DNA of 64,000 bases. Source: Oligoflexales bacterium (GTDB lineage Bacteria; Bdellovibrionota_B; Oligoflexia; Oligoflexales; JAPPIL01). This document shows, one piece after another, positions 28,115 through 38,376 of this stretch (within the stretch, counting starts at the first letter, position 1; each line of letters begins with the position of its first letter). Made by a program: the position numbers and the translations under genes. Location: NCBI GenBank assembly GCA_965226195.1, contig OZ245333.1, positions 1,185,205 through 1,249,204 on the forward strand, read 5' to 3'. The notes beneath the pieces were generated by a model. That model was not told the DNA's origin, did no database searches, and worked only from the letters and a program-made list of their open reading frames with translations.

Positions 28115-30307
28115 ATGACAAAACTTACCAAAGCTTTTTTTGCCTGCATAGTAGTAGTAGCTTGTAAGCAAGCATCCGAGGTAAAAGTTGCTCAGAACAG
28201 AGATCCAATATTAAGCACGGTTACCAAGCTTTTTACAAAGCTGATCGGGCGACCGCCTCATGCGACAGAAATTCAGGAGTACCGTGATGCGATAGAAAAA
28301 CCGGAGTACCAGGGCAAAGCTTACCCTGCAATTTTAACCACGCTGTTGGCATCAGAGGCATACTGGCGTGAAGGATTCTATCACTTGCATCGTAATCGTC
28401 TTTTGATTGATGATAGCTCAGAGCTTTTTCAATTTATAGCCAAAAATGATCTACAATCTCTTAAGCTTGAACTTGCAGATGTTGCAAAGTCTAAGCACTA
28501 CTGGGATATTTTAACCTATCGGGAGCGGTGGCTGCCGGTTCCCTATGATTACTGTGTGGAACAATTCTTCAACAACAGCGAGGAAGCAGAACCTACCTGC
28601 ATAATAGAAAAGATATTACCTAATCAAAATATTTACAACCTTTACGCTAATGAGTGTTGCACAAAATTACCGGATCTACTAGATCCACCTTATTGTAGCG
28701 AGTTAGATAGCAAGTATCAAGGTTTGTTTGCAAAGAATTTTTGTGACGTAAAAGAAGAAGATAAGAATGAAGAAGATAAGAATGAAGAAGATAAGAATGT
28801 AGGTTGGAAGGACGAACAGCTAAAAAATGCAATATTTCTTTACTTTTCGATGGACTTTAATCGGGATCTAGTTAATCAGGCTCTAGGTAGAAGAAATGCA
28901 AGTAGATTTTTTATGTTTGAAGTGCCGGAAGGCAGTCAGAAGAAAGATTTATTCTTAAAGTATCCCGATAGTGATAATACTTTTCTCAAAGTGAGGATGA
29001 CTGATATAGATGGAGTGACAGCGAAACAGATTGAAGCAACAGCAGAAGATGTACAGGGCATTCATGCCAACCCTTATTGGTTATCACGGCATCGTACAAC
29101 TTCTAAAAATAGGCATCTACATCGTGCTAGGATAATTTCACTTAGCTGGTTTTGTGAGGATATTTCTCCTGATGCAGCAACCAAATCTGATAAGCAGCCA
29201 ACATGGAAGCAATTGCTAAAATTCAGAAGCTATTTTGCAGAAGATGATAAGCATGCCACATCAGATCAAGCTTGCTTTAATTGCCATAAAAGGATTCAGC
29301 CGATTGCTAACTACTTTGGGAAAATGTCAATGGGGACAAATTACAGCATAATAGAGGAGGCTCCTGATGAGCTTAAGCGGCGTTTTTTTGCTCAGGAAGA
29401 AGATGCTTTCGAACGTCCTGGTGTTTACTATGATCCACAACGAGGAATGTTCTTTGATCATGACAATAAACGCTTTGATGATTTTGCCAGTAAGTTTTCT
29501 TACCATGATTCTCTTATCTATTACCCAGGCAGTGGCGACGATGTGGAGGATAAGTACTATGATAAAAGGAACAAAAATTATCTAAAACCTGATAAAGTAA
29601 TTGTCAACCCTATCGAAAGTTATGGTTTAGGTGGGTTAGCAGCAACTATCAGTTCTTTGCCACTGGTAAAAAAGTGTGTTGTTGAGTCTACTTGGAACAC
29701 AATTTTTGGCAGCGAATGGAGGCTAGGCAGCAATGAAGTTGATGAAGCAATTAGTGCTTTTGAACAGTATGGCTACGATTATAGCAAGCTTTTGGAGCAT
29801 TTACTGACAAAGAAAAAAGCGGAAATATTTTTTAGTGCTGCTGATGGTGAAAAAAGATTTCAAGAGATGGTAGCTGTGGAAAAAGAAAAACTTGCCTGTG
29901 ATGCTATGCAAGAACTGCCTGGGCAAGAAGATCTCAGCATCGCCGCGACAAGGATTTTCAAGGCTAACTGTGTCAAGTGCCACCATTATAGTGATGTTAA
30001 AGGTGATGTTAAAGGTGATGTTAAAGAATATCCAGAATTCAGTGACAGACACTTGTTTAAAGAAAGCGGGGAGCTTGATGAAGATAAATTTGAAGAAGAT
30101 GTCAATATCGGGACTATCTTGGACAAAATTTTTGATAACATGCCACTAGGTGGCATCTATGCTGAAAACGTCAACCTCAATGCTGATCAGCAACAAAAAA
30201 TAATGACTTGCTTTTTGGAACAAAAACGCGGTGGCGACACTGAATTACCCCAAAAACAAAAAAAAGAGGATTTGAATAACATTCATGAGGTGAAAAATAA
30301 ACTATGA
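28115..30307 (+). CDS. lipoprotein with two CxxCH-type motifs, DUF1588-like (cassette 2)
   Basis: ATG 28115 after GGAGAGGGG. Lipobox VVAC. CFNCHKRIQPIANYFG and CVKCHH motifs. In-frame EEDKN x3 and DVKG x3 repeats. Confidence 0.5.
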   Translation: MTKLTKAFFACIVVVACKQASEVKVAQNRDPILSTVTKLFTKLIGRPPHATEIQEYRDAIEKPEYQGKAYPAILTTLLASEAYWREGFYHLHRNRLLIDDSSELFQFIAKNDLQSLKLELADVAKSKHYWDILTYRERWLPVPYDYCVEQFFNNSEEAEPTCIIEKILPNQNIYNLYANECCTKLPDLLDPPYCSELDSKYQGLFAKNFCDVKEEDKNEEDKNEEDKNVGWKDEQLKNAIFLYFSMDFNRDLVNQALGRRNASRFFMFEVPEGSQKKDLFLKYPDSDNTFLKVRMTDIDGVTAKQIEATAEDVQGIHANPYWLSRHRTTSKNRHLHRARIISLSWFCEDISPDAATKSDKQPTWKQLLKFRSYFAEDDKHATSDQACFNCHKRIQPIANYFGKMSMGTNYSIIEEAPDELKRRFFAQEEDAFERPGVYYDPQRGMFFDHDNKRFDDFASKFSYHDSLIYYPGSGDDVEDKYYDKRNKNYLKPDKVIVNPIESYGLGGLAATISSLPLVKKCVVESTWNTIFGSEWRLGSNEVDEAISAFEQYGYDYSKLLEHLLTKKKAEIFFSAADGEKRFQEMVAVEKEKLACDAMQELPGQEDLSIAATRIFKANCVKCHHYSDVKGDVKGDVKEYPEFSDRHLFKESGELDEDKFEEDVNIGTILDKIFDNMPLGGIYAENVNLNADQQQKIMTCFLEQKRGGDTELPQKQKKEDLNNIHEVKNKL

Positions 30308-31380
30308 AAATAATACTATTGTGTATAATTTTTATCGCAGCATGCAAGCCCATAGGCGATGATGCTTCCCAAACTCAAGGCCGAGATACCTATGCGTGGT
30401 TCAAAGAACCCGCAGTAATAAGAGACACTATCGTAAAAACATGGGGCATCGCGATCAGAAGAGGAGATGACATCAGGTATTTCGCACGACTAGGTCAGCT
30501 TTACGGAGCAGTAGATCCTATCACTGCTCGTGTGCTACTGCGAGAACCTAGTGGCACTTATGTGTTGGCCTTAGACATGGTTTCACTCTGGATCAGTGAT
30601 TTGTTGTTGGTTAAACAGGTGTCTGATGAATCTGGCAGCCTTCAACCTCTTAGACAAGGACCAGTTCCGGTTACGGTTCCTGTTGAACAGGTGTCTGATG
30701 AATCTGGCAGCCTTCAACCTCTTGGACAAGGGCCAGTTCCGGTCACGGTTCCTGTTGAACAGGTGTCTAATGAATCTGGCAGCCAAGTTCCGGTTCAGGT
30801 TCCTGTTGAACCGGTATCTGATGAATCTGTTGAGCCTAAACCAGCAAACATGCTATTTCATGGTATGATTGGCTTTTCACTAGATGACTTGTCTGATAAC
30901 TATGAATGCTTTGATGATGCTAAAAAAAAATGGTGTGATGCAGATGATAAGATTACTACTGGTATGTATTCGGCTAAGGATAAGGAGCGTTTGCTTGGTT
31001 TGCTTGATCCTGATCTAGCCAGCAGTGACCGCAAACGTTTAATGCACAACATCCAAGATATCGGTGATTTTCTTGGTGTCACAATTGATAATCTTCTAAC
31101 TATCACTGACAGCGAAACTGACAGCGAATATTCTCATGTCCCACACTACTTGCTTGATGCAGTTTTCATCCCTAACCTTGATGATCCCCTTGATGATCCC
31201 CTTGATGATCCCCTTGATGATCCCCCTAAGTGTACTAATGAGAAGTCTAGCGATAATCGGTATATCGATCCTCTTCGTCGTTGTGATATTCAGGCTTGGA
31301 AACAGGTGGTGCATACTATCTTAATGAGTGGCCCATTTTTTATGTCTTTACCGAATAGATCAGTAGGAGAAGCAATATGA
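30304..31380 (+). CDS. repeat-rich lipoprotein (cassette 2)
   Basis: ATGA start/stop overlap. Lipobox FIAAC. 72-bp repeats (QVSDESGSLQPL.QGPVPVTVPVE) and DDPL x4. Confidence 0.5.
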   Translation: MKIILLCIIFIAACKPIGDDASQTQGRDTYAWFKEPAVIRDTIVKTWGIAIRRGDDIRYFARLGQLYGAVDPITARVLLREPSGTYVLALDMVSLWISDLLLVKQVSDESGSLQPLRQGPVPVTVPVEQVSDESGSLQPLGQGPVPVTVPVEQVSNESGSQVPVQVPVEPVSDESVEPKPANMLFHGMIGFSLDDLSDNYECFDDAKKKWCDADDKITTGMYSAKDKERLLGLLDPDLASSDRKRLMHNIQDIGDFLGVTIDNLLTITDSETDSEYSHVPHYLLDAVFIPNLDDPLDDPLDDPLDDPPKCTNEKSSDNRYIDPLRRCDIQAWKQVVHTILMSGPFFMSLPNRSVGEAI

Positions 31381-33098
31381 AATTGACACGTCGAGAGCTT
31401 GTTGAGCATCTGCGTAATATTATTTGTGCTGCTGGCAGCTATCAGCTCTTACCATTTTCGCTACAGGCTGAGACACCATCTGCTGAGACACCACCTGATG
31501 ATGAGCATTTTTTTATTTTTGTAGAACTGAAAGGTGGTGTGCATCACCTTATTTCTACCGATCATCCTGATCCTGATAAACTGAACGCTATCGATAAAGA
31601 TGGTAGCAACGGTATAGTAATGCGTTTTTCGCCTAAAGATAAAAAAGGTTTTTATACAGACACTGATCTTACACCAAAGTTCAAGTCAATGCTCGATAAT
31701 AGTGGAAATTCAGATCGTCCTTCCAAGAATCCAGCTTTCCTGCCTAATGGACGTTTCGTGGCATTGCCATACCAGCAAAACCCAGCGGATGGATTTCTTG
31801 TTGGTTCAACCCATCAAGGCCAGTATCAGTACCGTTTGGGGATAGCTGGATTGCCGTTAGCTAACTATACCAATGATATCAGCGTCCTCCGTGGGGTTTA
31901 CATGCTAGGTGATTTTCACGCTCCCGCGGGGCAAGAGGTGTTTAGTGGTAGTAATCGTAGTGGAATACATGTGGCGGGAGTCCTAGCCAAACTACTAGAA
32001 GAGAGACATGGTAAGAAGCTTCTCGACAATCTTGTTTTTGAAGGGGCTTATTATTCAGTAGGAGATGGGCGTTCTTCAAAGTTGGAAATCAAGCTTTCTT
32101 TTAGCTTGTTGGGCACTTTAGCAAAGCATTATCGTAACGCAGCTACCAGTGGGGTAAGCCCCTCCATCACTATCTCTCAGGCATTGAAAAAAAACCTTCC
32201 CTTCAGTGATACACAAAATAGTACCATGAAAAAATATATCGAGGCGATGCAAGAAATGGGCAGGATGACTAAAAGCTTGAAGTCTCTGAAAGCAGAAGAC
32301 ACGGATATTTCTCTGGAGCTTGGTATGCAGCTTGATACCTGCCTTGAACTTTTTAGAAATAATATCTCTCGTGTTGTTACCATATGTGTGGGAAGTAGGA
32401 ATAGCACTAATAACGTTGATCAATTTGGGTTATTTGACTCACACAGAGGTCTTTACCATCGGACCCAGGAAGCATCTGGCAGTAGCCAGCATCATTTGAG
32501 TTTAAAGAGCACAATGCAGCACCTCGCTGATTTTATAAAAAAATTAAAAATTACCGACTCCAACATAAAGGGCAAGAAATGGAGCGAAGTGGTAACACTT
32601 GTAGTGAGCTCAGAGTTTAGTCGCCCCTCGAATTTTTCAGGTAACGAAGATAAGTCTGAATCTAGATCTTTTGGTAACGGTCACTACAACTTCAACAATA
32701 ACTATATTCTTTTCGGTAAAAACATTAACAATGGTGTGTGGCTTGGTGAAAGTGATCCTATCACACGCTTTCCTTATGTTGTTGATTTTAACAATCTAAA
32801 AAACAACAGTGGTAAGATTTTTCATAACACAGTGGAGGAAACAAAAAACGGACAGATGAAAATGATGAGTGAATTTAAGGGTACAGATGCCCTTAACCCT
32901 AACATGAACCAACCACTGGGAGGAATGCAAGTGCCGCGGCGCAAAAATAACCCGGAGCAACGTGCTTTCATGGCAAAAGATGTTGTTAAAACCATCATGG
33001 CTGCAGCTGGTGTGAGCGAGGATGCTTTTCACCAAAAATACTATACCGATCCTTTCTATGATGATGCAAAGCTGATTAAGCAGCTAAACAAAAAATAG
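31377..33098 (+). CDS. DUF1501/DUF1552-like protein with a degenerate Tat-like N-terminus (cassette 2)
   Basis: ATGA overlap and RBS AGGAGA. MKLTRRELVEHL. FIFVELKGGVHH block analogous to the cassette-1 protein. Confidence 0.45.
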   Translation: MKLTRRELVEHLRNIICAAGSYQLLPFSLQAETPSAETPPDDEHFFIFVELKGGVHHLISTDHPDPDKLNAIDKDGSNGIVMRFSPKDKKGFYTDTDLTPKFKSMLDNSGNSDRPSKNPAFLPNGRFVALPYQQNPADGFLVGSTHQGQYQYRLGIAGLPLANYTNDISVLRGVYMLGDFHAPAGQEVFSGSNRSGIHVAGVLAKLLEERHGKKLLDNLVFEGAYYSVGDGRSSKLEIKLSFSLLGTLAKHYRNAATSGVSPSITISQALKKNLPFSDTQNSTMKKYIEAMQEMGRMTKSLKSLKAEDTDISLELGMQLDTCLELFRNNISRVVTICVGSRNSTNNVDQFGLFDSHRGLYHRTQEASGSSQHHLSLKSTMQHLADFIKKLKITDSNIKGKKWSEVVTLVVSSEFSRPSNFSGNEDKSESRSFGNGHYNFNNNYILFGKNINNGVWLGESDPITRFPYVVDFNNLKNNSGKIFHNTVEETKNGQMKMMSEFKGTDALNPNMNQPLGGMQVPRRKNNPEQRAFMAKDVVKTIMAAAGVSEDAFHQKYYTDPFYDDAKLIKQLNKK

Positions 33099-33244
33099 AC
33101 AGATAAGCCGTACGCCACGAAGTCAGTTTAACATGAATATGCAGTGATTATTTTATGCTCGGTGCAGAAGAACCAGCAGTGGGTTTTCCAGGTAGCTGGC
33201 GGGTGTGGTAAGGCACTGTGTCCCCAGTGCCCCAAAAGCAGTAG

Positions 33245-33600
33245 CTGTGCGAAATCGCCAGAGAGTTTTCTTGTTCAAAAACACGAATAAGAAACCTGCT
33301 TCTGAAATACAAAATTCCCCTGCGAGAACCGTCTAGATACCATAAAGAACACAGCCGTATCTATGGCAAGCGGAAGGTCGGTAGCAGAGTTGTTGATTAC
33401 AAGGGTGAGATTAGAACTATCACCGCCATCAAAAGGATGTACGACGAGGGGGTTGGCACTAATGCTATTGCCAGATTCCTAGACGCGGTGAAGCTCCCCA
33501 CCAAACGGCAGGGTAAGGACTGGGATCACAGCATGGTCACTGCGATTCTCAAACGAGAAGGGGTGTACATGGAGCAAGCTGGTTTAGGGGAGGGTAAGGG
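33245..33600 (+). pseudogene. truncated paralogue of gene 40459-40941 (recombinase-domain/HTH small protein), cut by the IS
   Basis: Reads EIAREFSCSKTRIRNLLLKYKIPLREP...AIKRMYDEGVGTNAIARFLDAVKLPTKRQGKDWDHSMVTAILKREGVY. A stop lies at 33242-33244 upstream and the IS inverted repeat starts at 33601. Confidence 0.7.
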
Positions 33601-34792
33601 GGCTTTGTTGCATAACTCCAGTTTTTGGTTAGCTTGTTCCCTTTGAGTGCTCTTTTTATTTTTTTCTAGCTCACTGCTGTGGTCATTGGCATTCCCAGAG
33701 AGGAAAGTTTGTTGAGGATCATCGCCTTAATTTTGACTTCGGTCACCTGATGACTGTGCTTCCTGCTAAAAAGTGCTTCACCGAATCTCCCTTTAAACCT
33801 ATTCATCTGGCACTCAATCAAACTCCTACGATGGTAGCCGCTACGCTCCTTCCAGCCAGATTTGCCATACCTCCTTATATCCAACAAAATCCTGTTCCTC
33901 TGCTCCAGCCCAGGATTCTCTCTCACTATTTCCGCACTCGCCAGCTTCATGTTTGGCTTCAGGTCAATCACAGCTGTGCCTCCCTTACCATCAATCAGAT
34001 TAAAGCATTCCGTCGCTAGGTACGCCTTATCCCCATAAACTTTGCCTACCTTACCCTCCATACGCCTCAGCATGTGCGCAAAAGCCTGATTATCAGAAGT
34101 TTTGCAGGTGGTAAGCTCCAGCTCTTTGATCTGAAAACCCTCAGCTGTCATACCCAGATGTAGCATTTTCCAGTTCTTGACGTTGAAACGATGACTAGGT
34201 TTGGTTTTCCACTCCCCACGACCGTATACTTTGAGACCAGTCGAATCAAACACCAGATCGACAGGCCGCCCTCTCATCTTCTCTATGCTCCTTCTGTATT
34301 CCACTGAGAGAGACTTCATTCTCCTGCACAGGGTAGTGTAATCTGGCACAGGCAGAGCAATTTTCATCAGCGCAAACAGTCCCCTGATAAATCCCTCTGC
34401 AGAACGGTAGTTGAGTTTATACAGTGTGAGTATAGTCAGTGCTAGCAGGATGGCATCGTTGCTATATGTCTTGGGACGACCGTTTTTTCCTTCACGGGGA
34501 GCAAACCAAGAGGTTAGCCTTTCCTTTGACACCAACAGCCGGATATCGCCACGGCTGACGAGGTGGTTGTTGTATTTAGGCCAGTTGAGTGTTTTGTATC
34601 TTTTTTTCTTTTTTTGTGCTAAGCTTTTCTTCACCGCGAGCCTCCGTTGGGGTGTTTTTTTATTTTATTACGGATGTGCTCGCTGTTCTATATCTACTTG
34701 AAATCACTTCAATATGTATTTGTTATCTTGTGGGTGTTGGCCTGCTATCTAAACAAAGAAGGACTTCATATGTCTGAGTTATGCAACAAAGC
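33601..34792 (-). mobile_element. IS5-family insertion sequence of the IS903 group
   Basis: Terminal inverted repeats GGCTTTGTTGCATAACTC (33601-) and GAGTTATGCAACAAAGC (34776-34792) enclose one transposase ORF. No matching 9-bp flanks were seen. Confidence 0.85.
33666..34634 (-). CDS. IS5/IS903-group DDE transposase
   Basis: 322 aa, colinear by eye with the IS903 transposase (DSTGLKVYGRGEWK, YGDKAY, YHRRSLIECQMNRFK). Confidence 0.85.
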   Translation of the reverse strand: MKKSLAQKKKKRYKTLNWPKYNNHLVSRGDIRLLVSKERLTSWFAPREGKNGRPKTYSNDAILLALTILTLYKLNYRSAEGFIRGLFALMKIALPVPDYTTLCRRMKSLSVEYRRSIEKMRGRPVDLVFDSTGLKVYGRGEWKTKPSHRFNVKNWKMLHLGMTAEGFQIKELELTTCKTSDNQAFAHMLRRMEGKVGKVYGDKAYLATECFNLIDGKGGTAVIDLKPNMKLASAEIVRENPGLEQRNRILLDIRRYGKSGWKERSGYHRRSLIECQMNRFKGRFGEALFSRKHSHQVTEVKIKAMILNKLSSLGMPMTTAVS

Positions 34793-35019
34793 TGGTGTTA
34801 GCTGTCAAACAAAATTTTTAAAAAGATGTTGAGGTTATAATTAAACAATATTGATCACTTACCAAATTTTGCCAGTACCTTATCTTCTTGTTCGTCAACT
34901 TGGTAAGTTGTAAAAAACTTAAGTTTTTCTCTTAAGTGCCGATAGATCAGGCAAAAGGGATAGGTATGAGAGCATAATGCGTCGCTACCCAGTACCCAAC
35001 CTGGTAAGATGAGGGCAAG

Positions 35020-36003
35020 ATGAGATTTTTGTTTATTGTTTTAATTACAGCAAGTTGCGGCAACCAGATGTCTATGTCAACTAGTCAAGTTGACGAAAAG
35101 GACGAGAACAGTGCTAATCTCACTGGTAATAGGGTAATGATCGGAAACAAAAGCACCACCGACAAATTCAACCAGAATCAGAGAGGTGTGCTGGATATTT
35201 TATTGGTCATCGATGGTTCAGGTTCGATGAATGATGAGCAGAATAAGTTGAAGAGTAATTTGCTCGATTTGTTGACTCACATCAGCGACAGTGATTGGCA
35301 AATTGCGGTTACGAGTACAGGGCAGACAAGTTGTTTGAGTGATAGGATTACGAAAGAAACACCTGATTTTGAGCAAAAATACAGTGAGTTGGTTAACGTT
35401 GGTACTAGTGTTAATGGCGAATATCACTTCTTGAAGGCTATGGATGGGTTAAAGGGGAGGTGTGACGGTGGCAACGTTTCTTGGTTGCGAAAAGGCTCGT
35501 CGATAGCGGTGATAATCGTTACCGACGAGAATAACGAATGCCATGGGTATGAAGAAAGTGGTGCACTGCCTGTCACCGCTTTGTGCAAGAGCAGCGATCT
35601 CAAAGCACTGTTGGCAGAGATGCGGCCTAAGGGTAACGCACAAGTATACGGGTTGTTGCCCTCTATGGATGAGTGGAAACAGAACATAAATAAAGACCCT
35701 GGGGTAGTTGATATTTTTAAAGTCCACGGATCTATTACGGACAGCAGTTATGACGCAACCTTGCGGGACATTTCTAAGCATGTTTTTGCTACCCTTGAGG
35801 ATGTCTTTGTCCTCTCGCATATCCCCGCGGGCAATGTGTCGGTGAAGGTAAACGACAACGTTGTGGATGGATCATTGTATACGATCGAGGCAGATAGCAA
35901 CCTGATACGGTTTGATAAGGGGTATGTCCCTACATCAGGATCAGATGTAGAGGTGTTTTATAGCTCTTTCCACAAAGTAGCTGAGGCTGATGACAACCCC
36001 TAG
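35020..36003 (+). CDS. vWA-domain lipoprotein
   Basis: Lipobox LITASC. MIDAS LLVIDGSGSMNDEQ. VIIVTDENNE block. Confidence 0.7.
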   Translation: MRFLFIVLITASCGNQMSMSTSQVDEKDENSANLTGNRVMIGNKSTTDKFNQNQRGVLDILLVIDGSGSMNDEQNKLKSNLLDLLTHISDSDWQIAVTSTGQTSCLSDRITKETPDFEQKYSELVNVGTSVNGEYHFLKAMDGLKGRCDGGNVSWLRKGSSIAVIIVTDENNECHGYEESGALPVTALCKSSDLKALLAEMRPKGNAQVYGLLPSMDEWKQNINKDPGVVDIFKVHGSITDSSYDATLRDISKHVFATLEDVFVLSHIPAGNVSVKVNDNVVDGSLYTIEADSNLIRFDKGYVPTSGSDVEVFYSSFHKVAEADDNP

Positions 36004-36311
36004 TACATCTATCTCTCAAGTCAATTGCATGCTCAAGGAGATGTTTTCGCACCAGCAAGTTGCTCTCGAAAATCAGTGCCATCGCCAAAGTAGTAACTAG
36101 CAGGATGGCTGTCTTTATTCGCAGCAAAATACTCCTCAAACTCGTCACGATTTAGACTGTATTCTGCCAGTAAATCGTTGAATAAGACATCTAGCTGTCT
36201 TCCTGCTCCCTTCTCGCTTTCCTCTGCGTGGATCTATCGTACGTCTGCTGCAAGCTCTTTGCACCGCCAGCTACCTCACCCCACGATCACTGCAAGAGAG
36301 AAGCTCTCCCA

Positions 36312-36980
36312 TCAAGGCTGCTTCTTAACAACTTTATCAATAATCCCGTATTCCACTGCTTCCTCGGCAGTCAAGTAGTAGTCACGATCTATATCCGCAC
36401 GTACCTGTTCTGGGTCTTGGCCGGTATGCTGCGACAAAATCTCTATCATCAGATTTTTTATCCGGTCTATTTCTTTAGCTTGGATTCCTACATCCGTTGC
36501 CTGCCCTTGTGCACCACCGCTAAGCGGTTGGTGAATCATAATCGTTGTATTTGGCAAAGAATATCTCTTGCCTTTTGCACCAGCAGCCAACAACCAAGCA
36601 GCCATGCTTGAACATTTGCCGATACCAAAGGTGCAAACATCCGCTTTAACGTAATTCATAGTATCATAAATTGCCATTCCCGCATCGATAGAACCCCCAG
36701 GCGAGTTAATGTAAAGATGAATGTCTTTATCCGGATCTTCGCTATCGAGAAAAAGCAACTGCGCAACGATAGCATTAGCCATTTCATCGCTAATAGGTGA
36801 ACTCAAGAATATAAGCCTATCCTTCATCAGACGCGAATAAATATCCCACGAGCGCTCACCGCGGGGGGTGCTCTCCACTACTACAGGCACTAAAGCAGCA
36901 TTTGGGGGTCTAGCTGATAGTTTGAAGCTAAACATGATGCCACCAATCGTTACCATAGATACTAATACAAGTTTAAGCAT
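36312..36980 (-). CDS. clpP: ATP-dependent Clp protease proteolytic subunit with an N-terminal hydrophobic extension
   Basis: Canonical blocks [33 protein letters not shown] (Ser), IMIHQP (His) and DIDRDYYL (Asp). ATG 36980 after GGAGAG. No clpX adjacent. Confidence 0.85.
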   Translation of the reverse strand: MLKLVLVSMVTIGGIMFSFKLSARPPNAALVPVVVESTPRGERSWDIYSRLMKDRLIFLSSPISDEMANAIVAQLLFLDSEDPDKDIHLYINSPGGSIDAGMAIYDTMNYVKADVCTFGIGKCSSMAAWLLAAGAKGKRYSLPNTTIMIHQPLSGGAQGQATDVGIQAKEIDRIKNLMIEILSQHTGQDPEQVRADIDRDYYLTAEEAVEYGIIDKVVKKQP

Positions 36981-37286
36981 AATCACTCTCCATAAGTTCA
37001 ACCACTATTGAATAGCAGGTACTACCTACAAAAGCGAGATACTCCAAAAAGCATGCTTTGACAAGTGTATTTTATATCTTTTGTCGTTTGCGAAGGGAGG
37101 TCAATGCAACAAAGCTGTTTTTTTGTGGAAAGGAGCGCAGCATCGCGCCCCATAGATCAGGCGACAGCAAAAGCAAGCAAAAATTCACGGCACGAGGAAC
37201 GAGAACTCAGGAGGAAAGCCATCTCTATGCACCCGCGGTGATGAGAAGCTTTGCCGTTGCCGTGCGCCCATACCTGGCCGTGCGCA

Positions 37287-37583
37287 TCAACGGCGTATCG
37301 CCAGTCCTGTGCCGATGCGTTGCTTGCCATCAGCACTGTAGATTGCCGCGATCTTTTTGTTCTCTGTCTCTTCCATCAAGGCTGCAATGACGATCGGCTC
37401 TTCTTCCTCCCCGTCGGGAATAATCGTCAGTTCAAAAACTTTACCCTTATGCTCGTACAGAACCTTCGCACCAGTTTCTTCATCACTAGCCTTGACCTTC
37501 ACGTGGCTCTCAAAGTAGAGATTAGTTGCAAAGGCACGGGCAGCAAACAACAGACAGCACACCGCCACCAGATACTTCATCAT
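37287..37583 (-). CDS. small secreted hypothetical protein
   Basis: Signal peptide MMKYLVAVCCLLFAARAFA. 98 aa. Confidence 0.45.
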   Translation of the reverse strand: MMKYLVAVCCLLFAARAFATNLYFESHVKVKASDEETGAKVLYEHKGKVFELTIIPDGEEEEPIVIAALMEETENKKIAAIYSADGKQRIGTGLAIRR

Positions 37584-38376
37584 CCAATCACCCCAAAAAA
37601 TAAAAAAACGATGGGGGGCACGCTAACTGGTTTTCCCCCCTCCCTGTCAATCTCTGTGTGAATTTTTTGTAAAAATACACGCGCGGTGCGGTACGATTGG
37701 CAGAAGCAGTGCTGCTTTGGTTTTGCTTGACAGCATGTGTGGCCATCCACATATTGGGCGCACTCTTGCTCTATGTTTTTCCCGTCGGCAAGCCTACTAT
37801 GCGTGCTCCCTTGTTGCCGCAGAAAGTTCGGCTTGAACAAGAGCGGCAAGCGGTGCAGGCGTGGGTTGCTGCATGACAAGGTTGCTTACCTCTGGAAAGT
37901 TCAATAGCTATTTCCCGCTACTGGGGTTTGATTCGGTCAAAAATAAACATGGAGAACATACTGGATTCTATAAGCCTAACAAGGAGGAGCTGAAGCAGGT
38001 TGAGTGGGTTATGACCTCTTACCTCAAGGTAGACAGGTACAACACATTGCTCAAATGGTGTGGGGGAAAGAAACATCAAAACTAAACGAGGAGGAGATTT
38101 CAACGGGGGGTTAACACATTGGATCTAATCGCATAACTGTACTAAAAAATGGGGGAGGTCACACAAGCTAAAGCAATACGGAATACTAGATTTAGCGGAG
38201 AATTATCTGTGAGATACAAGACTATTGAGGCTGTCTACATGATGGTTAGATGTTACTACGAGGAGGTAATGTCGTAGTGCCACAACTTTTGGGAGTTACT
38301 CCATTTGATTTTGTTGCAACTCCTTGTTAGCATGTAATAACGTTGTTTTGTAAAGTCAGGTTGGTTAGGTTGGCAT

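Noticed and set aside
30616-30830. Tandem repeats that might be a CRISPR array (also 59154-59282)
   Set aside because: The repeats are directly adjacent with no unique spacers. They are in-frame inside long ORFs and encode repeated peptides.
37058-37661. Plus-strand ORFs of 110 and 136 aa
   Set aside because: They overlap, in antisense, the signal-peptide-bearing small gene 37287-37583 and the IS-end remnant. There is no supporting motif.
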